From the NCBI GenBank assembly GCA_964016885.1, contig OZ024743.1:341186001-341250000 (forward strand): a DNA stretch of 64,000 nt. The letters are read 5' to 3'. This DNA is from Eledone cirrhosa. Taxonomy: Eukaryota. A model generated the notes under the pieces. That model searched no databases. It saw nothing but the letters and a program-made list of their open reading frames with translations, and had not been told where the DNA came from. Of this stretch, positions 12,606 to 28,399 are shown in pieces; the stretch's first letter is position 1, and every line of letters starts with the position of its first letter. A program made the position numbers and the translations under genes.

Positions 12606-13815
12606 TTTTCCCTTTAAGACTACAAGGTGTAATATTAAGTTAATTAGCTACAACATCAACAAATTTCGGTGATCACGGAGAAACTACTTTTTGGATTGCA
12701 GTAATTTTTATTCTCTTGCCTTAGTTAATTTTGAACACAGAATATAGGTGATAGGACTAAGTAATTTAAGCTCTATATTTAAAGAAAGACATCTCTATCG
12801 TCTTCAATTGATTTTCTTCGACTAGAAATAAAACTATTGATTTATCTAGGAGATAGTTAAGTTTATATAATCAAATTCGGTATATTACCAGAATGGATAA
12901 ATATCAATGTTTACCCTGTCAGGGTTTGAATTCACAACAAAGATGGACGAGAGTAAGACGAGACTAAACACAGTAAATCATCTGCTTGGTCTATTGTTCT
13001 GCCTTATCTGCACAATGTTCGTCTTTCATTTGACACATCCACCAGCTTCTTATAGCGACGAAATTCTAATTATAAAATTCAATTTATAAAGAACCAATTA
13101 TTTTCTTCTGCTTTATTTATCGGCAATTGTTCGCCGATATATATATTTTCCGGTGATACACCCCCCCCCCCCCCCACACACACACCCACACATATATATT
13201 TGTATATGTTGGAAACGGCTTTACTCTTAGATATGCATTGAACTGTATTAAATTATATTTTTAGTCAAATTTTTTGGGTTTAAATTTCTTTCGCATGAGT
13301 TACAGTTTGTTAAGAAAAGTAAACTTCCTAAATTTATCAACTATGTTTCTAAAGCTCGCGCGTCTAATCTTGGCGTATGTTGCTAGCAAAGCCAATGGGA
13401 TTGGTGCAGAGGTAATTTGGAAGTTGGGTTGATATGTCATAAGTAATGCGCTTAATCCCCTTTGATACTTGTATATTTATCTGCATGATAATATTACCCT
13501 TGAATTTTACTATGAGTTTCGTACCAGCAGACATCATCTACTTTGGTGGAGAACTTTCAAAAGCAGAAAGGTGTTGCCCCCAAACGTTTGCTATGTAGTT
13601 TTGTTATATGTTGTGATGTGTACCGTGTTGCAATGGTTTCATTTTGTATGTGCATATTTAGACGGCGGTGGTGTGCTGTAGATGAATGCCCCAATATATT
13701 ACTGATGAATTTCACAGCTTTCATTTTCACATTCAATTTATATGTAACATTGTTCACTTATGTAGCCTGCAGTTGATAGGGATGTTTTTTTTCTATTTTA
13801 GTGTGTTTTCTCATA

Positions 13816-14038
13816 TTTGTTTCTACTTCAGGCACAAGGCCAGGGAAAATTTGAAGGGGAGGGAAAAGTCGATTAAAATGACCCCAGTACTCACTGGTGC
13901 TCTATTTTTAGCGACAACGTAAGGATTTAAGGCAAAGCTAACCTTCACGAGATTTGAACTCAGAACGTAAAGGGCCGTAACTCTCTGCCACAACGCAAGG
14001 TCTCTGACGCTCTACCGATATTGCCAATCCATCGCCCT
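13816..14038 (-). mobile_element. SINE family B
   Basis: Core and tail homology to other family B copies. Confidence 0.8.
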
Positions 14039-14327
14039 TTTCTCGTATATTAATAGTGTTAAATTACTATTTGGGATAATTCATTCTGTGATCTGTATTA
14101 CGAGAGTTTCCATCATTCGATCATATATTCTATAGTCATTATACATTTGATTCATTCAATACTCTTTTGGGGTGGTAGGTTTTAGTCTTTCCTCACAATT
14201 TCCGTCTTTTAAAATTCCACTCACAACGCATGAGTCCTTCTAAGATCGAGTAAAACAAGGAACCATGCGATTGTGAAATTTTAGAAGTTGAATATCATTT
14301 CTATGGTCATTATCAATCATACAATAT

Positions 14328-14516
14328 CGGTGGATTGGCAGTATCGGTAGAGGGTCGGACGCCAAGCTTTGAGGCATAGAGTTACGCCCCTTGCCATTCT
14401 GAGTTCAAATCCTGCCGAGGTTAACTTTGCCTTTCATCCTTACGGGGTCGATAAAATAAAGTACCAGTAATACACTGGATAATTGCTGGCCTTGTGCCAA
14501 AAGTAGAAACAATTAT
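14328..14516 (+). mobile_element. SINE family B
   Basis: Core and tail homology to other family B copies. Confidence 0.85.
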
Positions 14517-16060
14517 CAGTCACACAGACATACATAATTTAATCATTCCGAATATATTTCCGGGAAGTGTAAAAACTCATATATCACTGGGTCCTTCATC
14601 AACGAATATCTCCCTATGTAAGCTTATTGTGTTATTAAATCAAAGATGCATTTGTTTTTCTATAGCTCGATTTGATTCAGTTAACTAGATCGCTGCGTGA
14701 TTTCTCGATTTGATACAAATACCAAATACATTTCTCTGAAATCATGTTCTACAATCTTAAACGTGAAACATCATATGGAATAATGTAGTCGTAGATACAC
14801 TTCCTGAGGGAAAACATGTACGTGGTTACTTGATCTGCTGAAATAGCAACCACATAACTCTCAAATCACTCTTTGCTGTCTTCTTTTAAAGATAAATTGC
14901 ATAATGAAGTGTGGATAGATTTTGCCTAAATACAAATAGTCCGGACTGAATTAGGACAGAGCTTGGGCTGAATGACAAAGTCAGCCACTTGTATGCTACA
15001 CCAAGATGCTGCAAGAACGTACGTCGCAGGATAGAATGGCTCTTTAAGTGCATCTTCCTCGCCAATCCCCTGAGTAACATATTTGCCAATTTATCCATCG
15101 AGAACACAGAATATTTACAGAAAACTGTTTCCCTTAGTGAAGGAAAAAATAGCTCTGTGCGGGGTAACATAGTGAACGAAATAAATCTAAATGTATGGTA
15201 GTAATACATTTTCATGATAAATACATTTTGAGATTTACACGTATTTTTCCTGAGGTCATGTTCCAAATTTACAACCTTTTATCTTTGTCAAACGCCCAAA
15301 GACACAAGTTGGGTGCTACTGAAGTATTAATGGCTCTTTGCTATGTTACATATGCTATAACATGAATGATCGTTAGTAACTGTGACATCTAGGATTTGTT
15401 GCAACACTGGAGTTTTAATTGAGTGCTCTCCCTGATTAGAAAATCAAAGGTAGAAGATTGTTTGTTTGATACGTGCAACATGATAAATGCATTTAGAAAA
15501 TAAATATCGGCTATTTTGGAAAAGGTTAGTTAAAAAAAACTCCGATAAAAGGAAATATGAAATGTTATATTACTCAGACATTCTAAATTTGCAAATCTAT
15601 ATCAGGATCAAATGTCCAAAATCTTTCGTGATACAATAACTAATTTTGTAGAGACGAAAACAACGAAATACGCTTCACTCACATATACACCATTTCTTAT
15701 CTGACTTCGATATTTGAATTGTATATTGATACATTATTACCGCTTGACTCCATTCTTATTAATAACATCCTAATTACTTTGATATTTAAATCAAATTTCA
15801 AAGATGTGTGATGATAATTCCCAGCCACTTTGATTTGTATTTTTAAATATGTTCCTAGGTCATGTATACTAAGTGTAATCATGTGACTACAAAATTCGTT
15901 TCACATCCAAGTGGTTTCAAGTTTGAATACTCTGAGAGGTTACTGGGGCAAGTTTTTTTTTGCCATGACGTTGGATTGACAGATGCCTAGTGAAAGAAAT
16001 TTCATGAATGAAAACGGTGCCTCTATATAGAGCAACCCACACAAACATATATATATGTAT

Positions 16061-16518
16061 GTTCTTCTGGTTTTATAATTTCACAAAGTGTTACCAATAG
16101 AGAGAGAGTCGGTTTCTAACATAGACACAAGACTCTCTCATTGGAATTTACACAACATCAACTAGGTATGTATGTATGTATGCATGTGTAGATATGGATG
16201 TTATTGTATGTGTGGATGTGTATGTTTTAAGTTGTATGTGTGCATGTGTATATGCTTTGTATCTGTACATGTGTATATGCAGTTATTAGATGCAACATTT
16301 TTGGAATGTTTTACATATTTTTACTGTTCCATTAATGGATTGTACTTGTAGTTTCCTAACTAGTTGTGTTCTTTCTGTTCCTGTGAAGCCTAGCTTCTCA
16401 AGATTTGTATTGAGGCAGTTACTAACATATACAGTGCCCCAATAATCACAGGCATAAATCTGAAGGTGTAATCAGGGTGGAGTATCTGCATATTTCTCAT
16501 CAGTCTGCATAAATATTC
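16061..16518 (-). mobile_element. 3' end of R4/Dong-type LINE (5'-truncated)
   Basis: Near-identical to 37014-37480; flanked by TATG repeats. Confidence 0.85.
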
Positions 16519-18726
<2,208 letters not shown>

Positions 18727-19460
18727 AACTGGAACGAACAATGAACCAAAGCCCCAAATTTCTACGATCTCTAAATAGTTACCTCCCTCATACCCTACCT
18801 AATCCTTTTTCTTATATAAATGAATTACCCCCTCTCCTCTCTTTCTCCTACCCGCGCACCCTGAATTACCTCCCCCTGCATATTAACTCTCTAAAAAGGG
18901 CAAACATATCCTACCCCAGACTACCATTTGCCTCCATTATGGATCAACTTCTCTAAGCGTTCCTGCCATAACACTTTTTGTACTGCTTATTCTCAAGGAC
19001 TATGACTGTAAATAATATTATTCTTTATTTCCCATTAACTTATCATGTTCTACATCACCCCACTTTTTTTATACTTAAAAACCTTGTTTGTAAATAATAT
19101 TATTCTTTCTTTCCCATTTCCTTAACATGTTCCACATCACCACCTTTTTTTTTTAAACTTCAGAAACCTTATTTGTAAATAATATTATACATTCTTTCCC
19201 ATTTCCCATACTACGTGAGTAAAAATGAGGAGTACTCAATATAGATGTACATGAATATGTATTCTTCTACTCTGGATATAACCAGAAATATTCTTAATGG
19301 TACTTTCATGTTTGGATTATTACACACGCCCCAACAGTCAACAAGATAACTGCTATTATTCCCAGAAGGAAACTACCATATTTAAGCTTACCCAGTCATA
19401 TAAAATATGGTAGTTTGAGCAAAGAGCACCATTCCGTTTGTGAATTTACAATTATGTACG
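18727..19460 (+). mobile_element. Putative 3' UTR / pseudo-LTR of the Penelope element, with three ~80-bp tandem units
   Basis: TGTAAATAATATTAT...TTCCCATT occurs three times in 19008-19205. Right boundary is uncertain. Confidence 0.5.
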
Positions 19461-20019
19461 TGTTATTCCCCTCTATACTGTCATGATTTTATATTTGTAA
19501 GGAAATGATTAACTTAAAAGCAAAATTAGAAGCAAAATAAAAGTGGTGTAAGTTAAAGAATAAAACTTTGTGTGAAAGAATGAAAAAGAAAGGATAAGAA
19601 AATACTATAATAAATAAATTAAATTAAATGTGGCTTAAAAAATTACAGGATAACCAGATTAGAAGGAAGATGCAAGGGGTGAATGAATGCGGGGTAAAAA
19701 TAGACGCTTTCCTATGCACCTCTTGCTTCTTATGTGGATCATTTTGGTTTTTACGTTTTGACTGGTTGTTGGCTTGCCTCCAGATGTGTAAAACCCTACC
19801 TAGCCAGTCACATATGTAAGCTGTGAATTGAATAAGGAAGCCTGCTTTCTGATGATTTTATCACTGAATGAAACAGAATTCGTCGTGTAAATGCCAGCTC
19901 TTAATAGAATGAAGTATCTTACTTCAATTGTGGTTCTCTTTCATTCGTTAAAGACGCACCATTTATATATATATTTCAATTATATATATCTTATATATAT
20001 ATGTATATTCATAAATACA

Positions 20020-20071
<52 letters not shown>

Positions 20072-20241
20072 CACACCCACACACGTACACACACACACAC
20101 ACGCACACACACAAACACCCCCCCCACATGAAGGAGGAATATATATACACATACATGTGCTACTGACGGACGTGAACTTGTGTGCAAGAGTACTCAGTAT
20201 CGAACTAGTTTAGATATATTATATTATGACTGAGTGGTGAG

Positions 20242-20292
20242 TCTTGTTACTCTGGAGTTTTACCTGTGTACTCGCAGGATCATCAGGCACGA
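20242..20292 (-). ncRNA. Degenerate type I hammerhead motif in a short element (~20155-20560)
   Basis: Minus strand TCGTGC-CTGATGA-TCCTG..CAGGT-AAAA-CTCCAGAG-TA-ACAAGA, preceded by a pyrimidine tract. Confidence 0.5.
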
Positions 20293-20627
20293 TTGAATTC
20301 CAATACCAGAGTCAGCATAAAGATGGGAAACATCAGGTTGTTGGAATGGAGTGGATCATTTTTGAAATCGGTATGTAGGGAGGTTAGATATTGGGGGATG
20401 TTTATGTGGTAAGTGAGAGGATATGAGAAAGGAGGGAAAGAAAGAAGGAATATATAAAAAGAAAACAAGAAGTAAAAAGAAATAAAAAAAGAAATTTCTC
20501 CCATGTTATTGTTCCTTACTATGACCAAATAGCAGTTGATCCTTTTGCTACTTTTACTATTTCATTAACACTTATGTTTAATTGTTATAGTTGGAGAGGG
20601 TTATCTTGTCCTAATATTGCCAAAAAT

Positions 20628-21066
20628 AATAATGGTTGGCACAAGCCAACAATTTTTGGGGATAGGGGAAAGTCGATTAAATCGACCCCAATGCGTGTCA
20701 AGTACTTTAGGTCTGTAACTCTATGCTGCAAAGTATAGGGCTCTAACTTTATGCTGCAAAGGGATGTAACTCTATACTGCAGAGCATGTTGTCCGATGCC
20801 CTACCGGTACATCCAATCCGCTTCCCTTATTGCCAAAAATAATAATGATTTCTGCTATAGGCACAAGGTCAGTAATTTGGGGACAGAGGAAAGTCGATTA
20901 AATCGACCCAGTACGTTACTGGTACTTTATTTTATCGACCCCATATGGATGAAAGGCTAAGTTAAACTCGGCGGGATTTGAACTCAGATCATAAAGGGAC
21001 GTATCTCTATGCTGCAAAGCATGTTGTCCGATGCCCTACCGATACTGCCAATCCGCTTCCCTTATT
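20628..21066 (-). mobile_element. Two tandem SINE family B copies
   Basis: Core and tail homology; shares a spacer with 8047-8290. Confidence 0.8.
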
Positions 21067-22070
21067 GCCAAAGATAATAATAAAAACCCTCACTGCTCTG
21101 TTTGGTTTTCGCTTCAGTTCAGTATATCGTTACAATTTTCTAAATATTCAGCTGGCAATCAATGTTTATCATTCATTGACCAACAGTTAAAATTATAAAT
21201 AAAAATATAATTTCTCAAAATTTCTCAAAGTTCTTTCCTCAAACATTTGTCTGTGACATCTTCAGTGATTTCCTTCCGTTGTTTCTATAACATTTTCTGT
21301 TTTTTTTTTTAGGTTGACTCTGTTTGCAAATGTATGCATGTTTTCTGTTTGGGGTGTGCTCGTGTGTTCGTGTCTAAGTCTGCGTGTGGTCATGTGTTTC
21401 ATAAACATTGCAAAAAAAATAAAGAAAAACTTCATCATCATCATCATCATCATCATCGAATATGTTACATAAAATTTCCACTGTTTTTTCAAGTTTATCA
21501 ACTATCTATTCACTAAATATTTTCCTCGCCCTCTTTTTATTGATATGCACATAGCTATCCACCTCAATTACTTTCTATTCATTTTGAAATTATTATCTCC
21601 TATTTATCATCATCATCACCTTAAGCACAATCACTAACCACAACTACCAGAGCCATATGTATCATTATTCTATGAAAAGCTAATGGTCATTGAACCGTTT
21701 CATTTGAGACATTCCATCCGCTATATGGTTTGCCTGACTTGATTTAAAGTAATAAATCAATAAAAATAACAAACCTATATCGGGCAACAACCTTTGATAC
21801 CCAGACAGATTTAAATCTGTTTCGCAAGAATTATTAAGTGAAAGCCAGAATTCCTGTGCTCTTCTGCGGTATCCAGGAAATTCCTACCTTTCACTTCAAA
21901 GGATCTAAGAAGACTGAAAGATATGCTGATATAAAAGCACATGTCGCTGCGCCTAGTTTTCACTTACGTACCTTTCACTTCAAAGTATTTTTCAACCTAG
22001 CTAATTTGGTCATTTGCAATTGGAACACATGTATAGTTATATCTGTGTTCATCCCTCTCATATATCCAAT

Positions 22071-22121
<51 letters not shown>

Positions 22122-22125
<4 letters not shown>

Positions 22126-22405
22126 TACTTCTCGAAAAACCTGGAATTTCGAGCCACTCTTTCCATATAAAACAAGTAACATTCAGAGACCAACCAGATG
22201 TGAGAAAAACCACAGACCCTCCATCTCAACTCACCTTTTGAAAAGCAGAAGAACTGCGAAACCGGTAAAGGAACCAAATAAATATATATATTTAAAAAAA
22301 AAATAAGACTTCAGTTGCATTTTCGATTTCATCTCTTTTTCTTTATACTTTCACTCGTGTAGAACACCTCGGTTATTTTTCATTTTGTAAAAAAAACCTC
22401 AATTT

Positions 22406-22408
<3 letters not shown>
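22122..22408 (+). mobile_element. Family E short element in (TA)n with variant HHR (22234-22271)
   Basis: CCTT-TTGAAAA-GCAG AAGAA CTGC-GAAA-CCGG-TA-AAGG. Homologous to 44105-44258 (-) and 62692-62826. Confidence 0.7.
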
Positions 22409-22451
<43 letters not shown>

Positions 22452-22460
22452 TATATATAA

Positions 22461-22734
22461 GTCTAAAGTCTGTCTTGAGCCAGAAGGCTCATTTGGCTCA
22501 TTCGATTTCATGGCGCGAAGCGACTGAGCGAACAAGACCCCTCCCTGGACAGGACGTCAGTCCATCACAGGGTTAAAGCCCCAGCTATTGCTGGTACTCA
22601 TTTTCAGCTGAGTATACTGTAACAACGTGAAATGATGTGTTTTGCTCAAGAACACTACACGCAATCCAGGAATCGAACCCACGACATTACGATCGTAATT
22701 CTAGCATCCTTACCACTAGGCTACGTACCTCCAC
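22461..22734 (-). mobile_element. SINE family A
   Basis: Reverse-complement homolog of 22-293. Confidence 0.85.
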
Positions 22735-22754
22735 ACACAGACACACACACACAG

Positions 22755-22791
<37 letters not shown>

Positions 22792-25700
22792 GTCAAGTGT
22801 TGTGTAGAAATCACTGAGGCATAGATGCCGATGTTCATTATTTTGGTTATTAATAATAATTAATAATAATAATTCTGACATGTGTTTCGATACATTTCGC
22901 ACTATAATATAAAATCACAAGTCTATGAAATCTGTATTATTAGACAATCGATTGCTTCATACCACATCTCTTCTGAGAAGGAACAACAATAATAATTATT
23001 TAAGTGGTCCGGAAAAATAATATATATGAGTGAATATTTATGGCTGTCCATTGATCGGTGTTTAAGGGTTGGTGGGATGGTTTTAGTGCTGAAAGTCAGC
23101 CAACCATCGCTGTACATTTATATTGTATATTTATGGAGTGGCGATATATGTTCTTTAACGCTGTTCGCTACTGGTGGTTTATTGAGACATGTTAATAAGG
23201 GACAATGAAGTACCAGAAACACACTAGAGTCGATTTACTCGACTTTTACCCCCCTCTTTAAATTACTGGTTTGTATTAAATGTAGAAGCAATCTGGGCAA
23301 ACTCATTCACTATTTTGTCGAACGAGGGCGCGGGGCGACCAGCGCGTGGGCCGCAATTTGCTTATAAGTGTAGGAGATAGGGCGAGCGGGAGAGATGGAG
23401 GCAGTGAGAGTAAAAGTTTAATTCTTTTATGTTCCGACCTGGTGTATATGTTTCGCAGACACACACTCATGACAGCTTGAATCTCTGGCTATTGACCAGA
23501 AGGATAATGGTGTTTTCTGAGTAAAACACATGAACTGTTTTGAAGGAAGAACTTAAACCATCACCGCCCACATATATTACAGTTGTTTACTTAATTACTG
23601 CTAAAAGACTCGAAGGAGAAGGATGAATTAAAAAAAGAGAAAAGAAGACAGGAAACTAAAGACAGCTAACTTCGGCTAGTAAATTTGGAGGCTTTGATCT
23701 CGATCAAAGCTATTTGTAATCATGAGTATGTCTCTGTGGGGTGCCAGGATTTTAGACTGGCCTTTGATGTGCGTCTGTATGTGGTGAGTTTAGTGTTTTG
23801 ATGAAGATAAATTAAATTAAGATGTATGGTAGTGACACTGTAGGAGTGATAGGTACAGATACAGGGGATGTTTCGTGCTGTTTTAGGGTAATATTGTGTA
23901 ATATTATGTTATATTTATTGCATATATGGTGTACTGATATTATATTATATGTATTGTTACAACCTATATGTGGATAATGTTCAATATTAGAATAGTAGCG
24001 TTGTATTTGAGTGACATTTGGCTGCTAATTCTAATTGATTGATGGGTATATAGATGTCCTATCATTACACACTACACCACTTTTTAATAACGCATTTTAT
24101 ATTATTCAAGTTATCTATCTCAAAGCCAATTTGATAAACACATGTTCTTCGTCATGGAAGCATAAAAAAAGAGAATGAAATCTCATTAGATAGTATCGTG
24201 AACTTTAAGAAGGGAAAATCTTTAAAGAAATAGTAGATATCTATCTATCTTATGTTTAATCGCTATCAATATTTTGAAATATTGAATTATGCATTCGATC
24301 TGTGGAAAGCGATTCGAAAGATTATATTATTTCTACTACACAAATTCAATTTCATTTTAATAACTAACTGTATATTCATTTGTGATTTTTTATTGCCAAT
24401 AACAGAACCATAACAACGTAATTGCTTTTTATACTGATATATTAACAGTAAGTAAATTAGATTAGCGAATTGCAAATTATTCCTACGAGCATTGAACACA
24501 CTATGTTTTCTATCTGTTTCTATATTTTATACACATTCTTGGAATGTTATGCAAAGTTTTTTCTATTCGTGTAATAATGGAGATAACTATATACATTTGA
24601 ATATACAAACATACATACATAGACACACACTCAAACACAAACCTGTATACACCCCCCCCCCCACACACACATGCATATATATTAGTAATAAACGAAAGAT
24701 ATACACTTTATATCATCTCTATTTATTTCATTATATATATTTCGAAGATGTAAAGTTTTATGTATAACATAAAGCAAAACATGTTCTCCTCAGACAAAAC
24801 GCATAGAAAATATGTAATTTATTCCCTGATATGCTGGTAAACAAATTCCATCTTTAATTTCTATAATTGTTTCTCTGGAGGTAAATGTAACGCCAGTATA
24901 AAGATCCAATCAATTAATCAGTCTAACAATTAATTATTGATACTTTAAATAATACCCAATAATAAATCCCCATTTCGTCAAGAAAAACAAATAGATAGAA
25001 ACATTGAGTTACTTAAAACACATATCAAAAATGGAGGCAAGCTTTCGAGAAGCGAACAGAACACACGATAAATATTGTGCAAGTGATTCGTATAACCAGA
25101 TGATAGTGTATCAATATAACCATTAAAGGTGAATTGTATAGTAAGGAGACATATTGCTAGAAAATGGGCTGCGCAGAATTGAAATATTTGTACATATTTA
25201 AAACGATGGTATTTATATAATGTATAAACATGAACATTCTACTGCACAGATTACATTTTACTCAGATAAAATTAAAAGTGGGGAACGCTACTACAATCAT
25301 TTCCCGTATACAGTGGCAAGCACCAGTTGATATATAAACAAAATAACGTTATATTGTAACTGGTGTCGATGATGTTATATATTAGGTACGGTGTTGTTTT
25401 TGTTAGTGACCGGTCAGGTATATATATATATATTCCTGTTTATTAATCTTGGCATATAATGGCAAGCACGTGTTGATATATTAACAAAGTAGTGTTAAAT
25501 TCCAACATGAACTGTTACTGTACTTGGTACTGCATTGTTTTAGATGGTGACCGGCCAAATATCAGAAGTACAAATCAGAAGTACTCAGAAGTACGAATTG
25601 CAGGACAGTCGCATATGTCAGCTCTCACTGTAGTAATAGATTATATACAGGTATGTAGACATGATAATGTCTTAGATAAATTTAATGGATTACTTGATAA

Positions 25701-25944
25701 TAACAATTAATTGCTAGGAGTGCGTGAGAACGAATGAAGTCGAATCTAAAGAAGCAGTGACTATATGAGACTTAAGGTACTTAACTCACATACAAAGTAA
25801 CTTACGCGAATGGATTTAACTATTTTTTAAGGTTTCATACGTACTTAATAATTGTAAGAGGGAATTATATGAGGGGAAATACATAGCTTGATGCGTTGAT
25901 ACATTAACATGGTTATACAATTCTAATATAGAAGGAATAATAAT

Positions 25945-26158
25945 AATAATGGCTTCTGATTTAGTCACAAGGCCAGCAATTTCGGAGGAGGGGAAAGTAG
26001 ATTAAATCGACCCCAGTGCATTACTGGTGCTTTATTTTATCTACCCCGTAAGGATGAAATGCAAAGGTAATCTCGGCGGGATTCGAAATCAGAACGCAAA
26101 GGGCCGTAACTCTATGTCACGAAACATGTTGTCCGACGCTCTACTGATACTGCCAATA
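25945..26158 (-). mobile_element. SINE family B
   Basis: Core and tail homology to other family B copies. Confidence 0.8.
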
Positions 26159-26175
26159 CACAAATAATAATAATA

Positions 26176-28110
26176 TTTGTAAAATCTCCAGCTGCGGAAT
26201 ACAAAATACTGGATTGGTGACCAGTGCAGGGTAGCTCTCTTCAATTTTAAGTTTTAATGGCTCCTTAAAGTCGTTTACGTCACCGTCTAGAGATGATGCC
26301 TCGAAAAAAAAAAAAAGAAACACTGGTCGTTGAGGAACCTTAAAACCACTAACCTCAATGAGTAAAATGAATGAAAATATTTGATTACACAAAGACGTGA
26401 ATGGTGCTGGAGCTACTAGTGAAGGTGCCTCGTCCGGCAGGTTCCCTGTGGTTCAGCACCAAAAACCCGGTCGTCATCATGACACTGCTAGAATGAAGTG
26501 GTTCAAGCAAGTAAATATGGCTGTTATGGAGTCTTATTTTAGAAGCAGTCCTGTCAATGAAAATGGTGCGTCAATTAGAGGATATAGACAAAGGGTGTTA
26601 CGAGTATGGCAGGAGATTGGGCTCTCTGAAGTAACTGAATAGAGGATTTGTGATCAGGCAAGGGCAATACGCATAAAAGGATGGCTATCTGAGATTGAGA
26701 TCGAAATGATAAAGAAAAACACGAGCCAAGAGGGTATGGAGGATATAGAAGCTCAGGATGCTGGAAATTCAAATATAGATGAGAGGAATGGAAAATGATA
26801 GATTCCCATAGGAAGGAAAAGAACTGAATATCCGAGATACCAAAGGATATATAGGGATATTGAAGTTCGTGTTAAAGATGAAGTTAAGCGATAGGAGTAA
26901 GATACTGACTGTCACATGAATGCAAACTCTTGGATTATGGAATGCGTTAACCTATTTGGTATTGCATCAAATGTTGAGCGATTCTTAAGGAAAAGTATGA
27001 AAGATTGGAGGGCTGAACTGACAGCATGTGGAAGAAATTTAGGAACGATAGAAATCAAGAGAGGTATATTTTTAAGGGGACATCCTCTGACCACTGATGT
27101 TTGTTCTGTGCATGATACCACTGACAATGATCTTGAGAAAAGCTAAGGCTGGCTATGAATTCAAAGGCCCCTAGAAAAACATCAACCACACGACCTCAAT
27201 CTTTATCGTACAATTGAATCCCAGCCTGGTTCCCTCGTTGATACAGTGTATATACTTAGTGCTGACATCAGAAAGGAGTTCGGATTAAAAAAGGTGTGGT
27301 GTGTTAATCTTGTACAGAGGCAATATTAAAAGCATTGAGGGGTTAGAGCTACCATCAGGAAAAAGTTATGAAGCAAATAGAAAAGGAAGTTTATAAGTAA
27401 TTAGAGATATTTGAAGTTGATAGGATCATGCAAAAGGAAATGAAAGAAAATGTTAAGGTGTAATACATGCGCAAACAGAGACTTAGTCTCAAGTCGAAAC
27501 TTAATGGACGGAATAAGATGGAATATATCAATACATGGGCGATATCACTCCTGGGGGGTGATCACGTGGACAGTAGAAGATCTAAGCAGTTTAGACCGAA
27601 AGCAAGAAAGTTATTGACTAGATATGGGGTATTTCACCCAAAGACCGACACGTACCTTATATCTACCATGAAAACCAGGAGGGTGAAGACTGGTGGTGTG
27701 AAAATACAGCTTTAGAACAGAAGAAAATAGATGGCGTAGTTCATAAAAATTCCAGAGAACCGTTGTCGCTGTGCAGAATAAAAGATTGCAAAGAAAAACA
27801 ACAGAATACAAGCATTTGAATATGGTTGAAACTGAAAGTAGATGGAGTGACAAAAGAAGGTGAGGACAATTCCATAGAGATGTTGAAGATCGGAGAGACA
27901 GAGAAAATAGGTGGTTACGGATGGCTAACAGTGATCTAAACAGGAAACATAAGCCTTAATCTGAGCTGGTCAAGAACAAGCACAAAGAACTAACAACATC
28001 AAGCATAGAGTAGATCACAGAGCAGAAAGTGATAAGTGTGGAATTTGTGGCATGAATGGAGAAACTGCATGGCATATTACTAGTCAATGCACACCAATAG
28101 CTGAGAAATA
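26176..28110 (+). pseudogene. Degenerate, internally deleted R4/Dong-type LINE
   Basis: N-terminal RMKW..VN.AVME..GYRQR..W..VTE.R..DQ motif; RT pieces SWIMEC..FG..W...IKRGIF; LKSKLNGRNK..INTWA; C-terminal QEQA..T and C..C...ET.WHI.S.C. Adjacent to TAA repeats. Confidence 0.8.
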
Positions 28111-28147
28111 ATGTAGTATACATATATAAATAAATAAATAAATATAT

Positions 28148-28181
<34 letters not shown>

Positions 28182-28399
28182 GTTTTCTTTATTAACCACA
28201 AGGGTTTACATAAAGTAGACATTAAGGACAGCACAGGACAATACAGGACGGTACAAATGGGCATTTCTGCGTGCAAAAAAACAAAAACAGAGAATATAAC
28301 AAAAAAAGAACAATGAAAAATTCCCCAATAGGGGGGAGACTTCCGAGAGCCATCGTGGAGAAAGCCCATTAAAAAAGCCACGGTGACCCTGACCACCAG

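Noticed and set aside
19215-19415. Possible HHR in the Penelope 3' region (GAAACTACCATATT/AATATGGTAGTT hairpin)
   Set aside because: No CTGANGA core or stem I could be placed.
19849-19886. CTGATGA...GAAA-CAGAATTCG-TC hammerhead-like string
   Set aside because: No stem I pairing and a weak stem II.
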